DNA of 38,411 bases from Geosiphon pyriformis uo1 (lineage: Eukaryota > Fungi > Glomeromycota): contig JAAOMT010000526.1 of NCBI GenBank assembly GCA_016748015.1, forward strand, positions 26,485 through 64,895, read 5' to 3'. The notes beneath the pieces were generated by a model, which was not told the origin of the DNA, ran no database searches, and worked only from the letters and a program-made list of their open reading frames with translations. Within the stretch, counting starts at the first letter, position 1. Each line of letters opens with the position of its first letter. Below are positions 35,501-38,411 of the stretch, one piece after another. A program made the translations under genes and the position numbers.

Positions 35501-36601
35501 CATACTAATTCATTAGCTGGACACTTTGAAAAAACAAAAAAAATCCAGAAAACTTTAGCTTGCTATTATTGGTCTATCTTAGAAAAAGACATTGCTGAGT
35601 ACATTAAAATCTGTAATACCTGCCAAAAAGAAAGAAAACCCAATTGCAAAAAAGATATTTATCCAATCTTTGTTAATCAGTCATTTGACAGAATTGGCAT
35701 AGATGTTGTTAGATTTTTAACAATAACTGCTGATGGCAACAGATATATTATTACAGCTACCAACTATTTTACAAAGTGGATAGAAACAAAAGCCAACTCC
35801 AGACTAAACAGCAGTCTCAATAGCCAATTTCATTTATGAAAATATCATCTGCCATTATGGCTGCTTTAAAAAACTTTTATTTAATAAAAGAAGAGCTTAT
35901 TTTAGTATACTGGTTAAAAAACTTTGCAGAAAAATGAGAATATGTTATAAACTTTTCTCTTTTTACCATCCTTAAACAAATGGCCTAGTAAAACATTTTA
36001 ATAGAACACTATGTGAAACCTTAGCCAAAACCAGTAAAGAAACAAACTTATAGAACAAAGTACTGCCTTTAGCTTTGTTTACTTATAGAACTGTGAATTA
36101 TAATATAACAAATTATGAATCTTTTTATCTGCTCTATAAATACATAACAACACTACCAATAAAAACTAATATTGAAACAATACCCTTTGAAAAAATCACA
36201 ATAGAGAATTATAAAGATATTTTGCAAAAAAAACTTGGTATCATTCTTGACTTCTTAATAAAAACACAAATAATTGCTTTTGAAAAAATAAATCAGTTCC
36301 AAAAAAAGCTTAAGAAAAAAAAACCTATAAAACACTTTTTTTAAGTATTGATGACTTGATATTAGAATACTATTTAGATAAAAACAATGTCTATGGTAAT
36401 AAATTCTCTAGCCAGTAGAAAGAATCTTATATAGTCAACAAAGTTTTGAATAATAGTTCTTATATTCTTTAAGATCAATTTAAAACAATTTTTAATAATT
36501 GTTCTGTTCATGATCCACAAATTAAAAAATATTATAAACGACCTGATTGGTTGCCTGTTGTGGTAATACTGACTTAAATGATTAGCAAAAATCAAGTATA
36601 A
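32536..36601 (+). pseudogene. pol: Gypsy copy 2 pol (PR-RT-RH-IN, degenerate but undeleted)
   Basis: ORF fragments 32912, 34085, 35375 and 36075 match copy 1. It retains the RT core and RNase H N-terminus missing from copy 1. Confidence 0.9.
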
Positions 36602-36642
36602 ATAAATACACTATTCCCAAAACAGAGGTATTTTCAATTGAT

Positions 36643-37299
36643 ATAAACAATTATTTTCTGGATTAAAACATTTAAAAAACTTTCTATACTCTTCATGAGT
36701 ATTAGATCAAAAACTATTCAAATGTTACTTTGACCATTGGAAAACAGATTACCATAACTAATAACAATAGAACACATATTGTTATTAGACCAAAGAAAAC
36801 CACTATTAGAAGAAAAAAAATTGGTAACAAAATGAATAAATATCTGTTAGAAAGTATAACAGCAGCTATACTCTCACTTTCCAATACAATTGGGAAAACA
36901 ATCTAAAAAATCTTGCTTATAGACAAAAACTTGTCATATAAAAGACAATTAAAACTCTTTAATTGTTTTGATGAAATTATAAAGAATATGAAACTCATGA
37001 AGAAAACAACTTTAGAGATACAGACAAAAATTTTGGGCATTATAAAGTTAGATGTTCTAAGAGTTTTAACTATTGCTAAAAGAGCCAAAACTCTAATACA
37101 AAGATTTGGTCTCTTAAAAACAAAACTTATTTTGTCTCAAGTATTATATATTCTATTCACAAAAAATTTCAACAAACTAGTTAGCTTTGAGTTAAACAAA
37201 ACTCTTTAATTAGATTATCTCATGAATAGCTTGATTTCACTAAAGCTCAAACTCTTTGGAGAAGATGATATTACAGTTAAAATTTACACTTTTTATTAG
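36643..37299 (+). pseudogene. Gypsy copy 2 ORF3 (degenerate)
   Basis: IDKNLSY..RVLTIAKRAKTLIQRFGLL..LVSFEL matches copy 1 ORF3; ends inside the 3' LTR. Confidence 0.75.
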
Positions 37300-37946
37300 T
37301 TATTACATGTATTAGCCACTAATATTATATAATTAGCCACACTATTTTTAGATAGTAATTATTAATTTGATTATTGACTTGATTATTGACCTGATCATTG
37401 ATCTGATTATTAACCACTTTTGATAGCTATATAAGTGATGAATCTCTTAACTGTAAAATAGCATGTCAGAAATCAAGAAAATCAAATAAATAAAATAACA
37501 ACTTTTATCTCAATTTTTCTCTTATTACTAATTTTTTTTTCTCTACCTTTAAGTATCTGAATATCTTGGAATAAAAGATTACTTGTTGGTTATTCCCTAT
37601 CTTTTTTCTGAAATGTGTAATTGTAGCATTTGAAAATTATTAAATAAAATATGACTGAAAAATATCTGATACCTAATATTGAATTTTAAAAGCATTGATA
37701 TGAGGCATAGAATTATACCAGTGTGTAATTATTTGTTGACAATATAGACTATCTTTCTACTTTTAGATTCTCTAATTATCTTTTGAAAAGTATAGTGACT
37801 GAGATATTTTATAAGACTGATTTTGCATATTGAATTTATACTTATCTAATTTGCTCTTTGAAGTTAAATTCTCTTTGATTCTTTTTATCATTCTACAATC
37901 TTGTTCTCTTTTGTTATCTGTTAGCTTGTTATTCCAATCTGTAACA
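37269..37946 (+). repeat. 3' LTR of Gypsy copy 2
   Basis: TATTACAG...TGTAACA, 678 bp, preceded by the PPT. Confidence 0.93.
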
Positions 37947-38324
37947 ATAGTAACTATATCTATTAATTAAAAAGTAGAGAATTCTTATTTGTTAATTAGT
38001 AAATCAAATATTTTTATTGTTAAGAAAAATAAATCTCATAGATACTTAGACATTTTTTTATTTACTGATGGTCTTTTAAAATCTAGTATTATTAAAACTT
38101 ATTTGGGTATTAAATTTTTTACAAATTTGGTTTTAAAGAAAGCAGTATCTAACAAACAGTTTTATTACTTGGTGTTTGCTGTTTTGTAGCTAATAGTTGA
38201 TTACAAATTGCAGTTTAGTTATGTTTTTGCTAATGTGTACAAAAAATAGAACAGAATGTTAAAAAAAAGACTAAAACTCAAGACCAATTTACCTAAAAAT
38301 CTTCTCAATAAAGTCATTTCCTAT

Positions 38325-38411
38325 TGTTACCAGTAGAATTTTAACTATTAATTAGCATAAAAGTACTTTTATAATTCTTATTATTAATTAGCATATATTA
38401 ATATCATTTTA
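38325..38411. mobile_element. Probable start of another LTR insertion in LINE D (cut by window end)
   Basis: LINE ORF2 homology stops at 38324 and is followed by TGTTACC, the local LTR terminus type, then a duplicated TATTAATTAGCATA motif. Confidence 0.5.

Larger units (their letters stand above)
30274..37946 (+). mobile_element. Ty3/Gypsy LTR retrotransposon copy 2, full length (7673 bp), 4-bp TSD ATAG
   Basis: Two 678-bp LTRs; ATAG at 30270-30273 and 37947-37950; PBS, gag, pol (YLDNII = degenerate YLDD; LHTDTSSYELGAVL, NYSVTEQECLAVV RNase H), ORF3 and PPT. Confidence 0.96.
25441..38324 (+). mobile_element. LINE copy D (heavily mutated), split by assembly gap and by Gypsy copy 2
   Basis: 5' T-run plus shared UTR motif; ORF1 remnants (VNTDLRK, LLFTLSIETTAYNLS, LTTKI); APE and RT remnants 27860-30273. 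Resumes in frame at 37951 (SHRYLDIFL..KKAVSNKQF). Confidence 0.88.

Noticed and set aside
1628-38324. Alternative genetic code (TAA/TAG=Gln, TGA=Trp) to explain in-frame stops
   Set aside because: Stops mostly fall at different sites in sister copies and co-occur with catalytic missense transitions and frameshifts; this is mutational decay.

Overview
This is eukaryotic, fungal-type genomic DNA: AT-rich, strongly CpG-depleted, with short GT-AG introns. The TE families resemble those I associate with Glomeromycotina-type fungi; that is unverified recall. About 88% of the window is a nested transposon cluster. It holds parts of at least four (probably five) non-LTR retrotransposon (LINE) copies with ORF1 (RRM-like region + zinc knuckle) and ORF2 (APE-RT-RNase H-CCHC). 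LTR elements have inserted into these LINEs at six places: two copies of one Ty3/Gypsy family (5128-11598, ends damaged; 30274-37946, complete, 678-bp LTRs, 4-bp TSD), two related solo LTRs, and two LTRs cut by the window edges. Comparing the two Gypsy copies gives an unusually retrovirus-like layout: Met-Gly-initiated N-terminal Gag extension with an HxxxH/CxxC motif, a U_UUA_AAC -1 frameshift site plus hairpin, an extra Cys-rich module between protease and RT, and a third non-env ORF behind a branch-point/acceptor motif that runs through the PPT into the 3' LTR. All TEs are riddled with C>T/G>A transitions that extend beyond CpG (RIP-like). The single host-type gene is a 10-exon Crinkler-type P-loop NTPase + restriction-endonuclease-fold gene (21337-24569). 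It lies in a CpG-retaining island and carries two point lesions (ATA start, one in-frame TAG).
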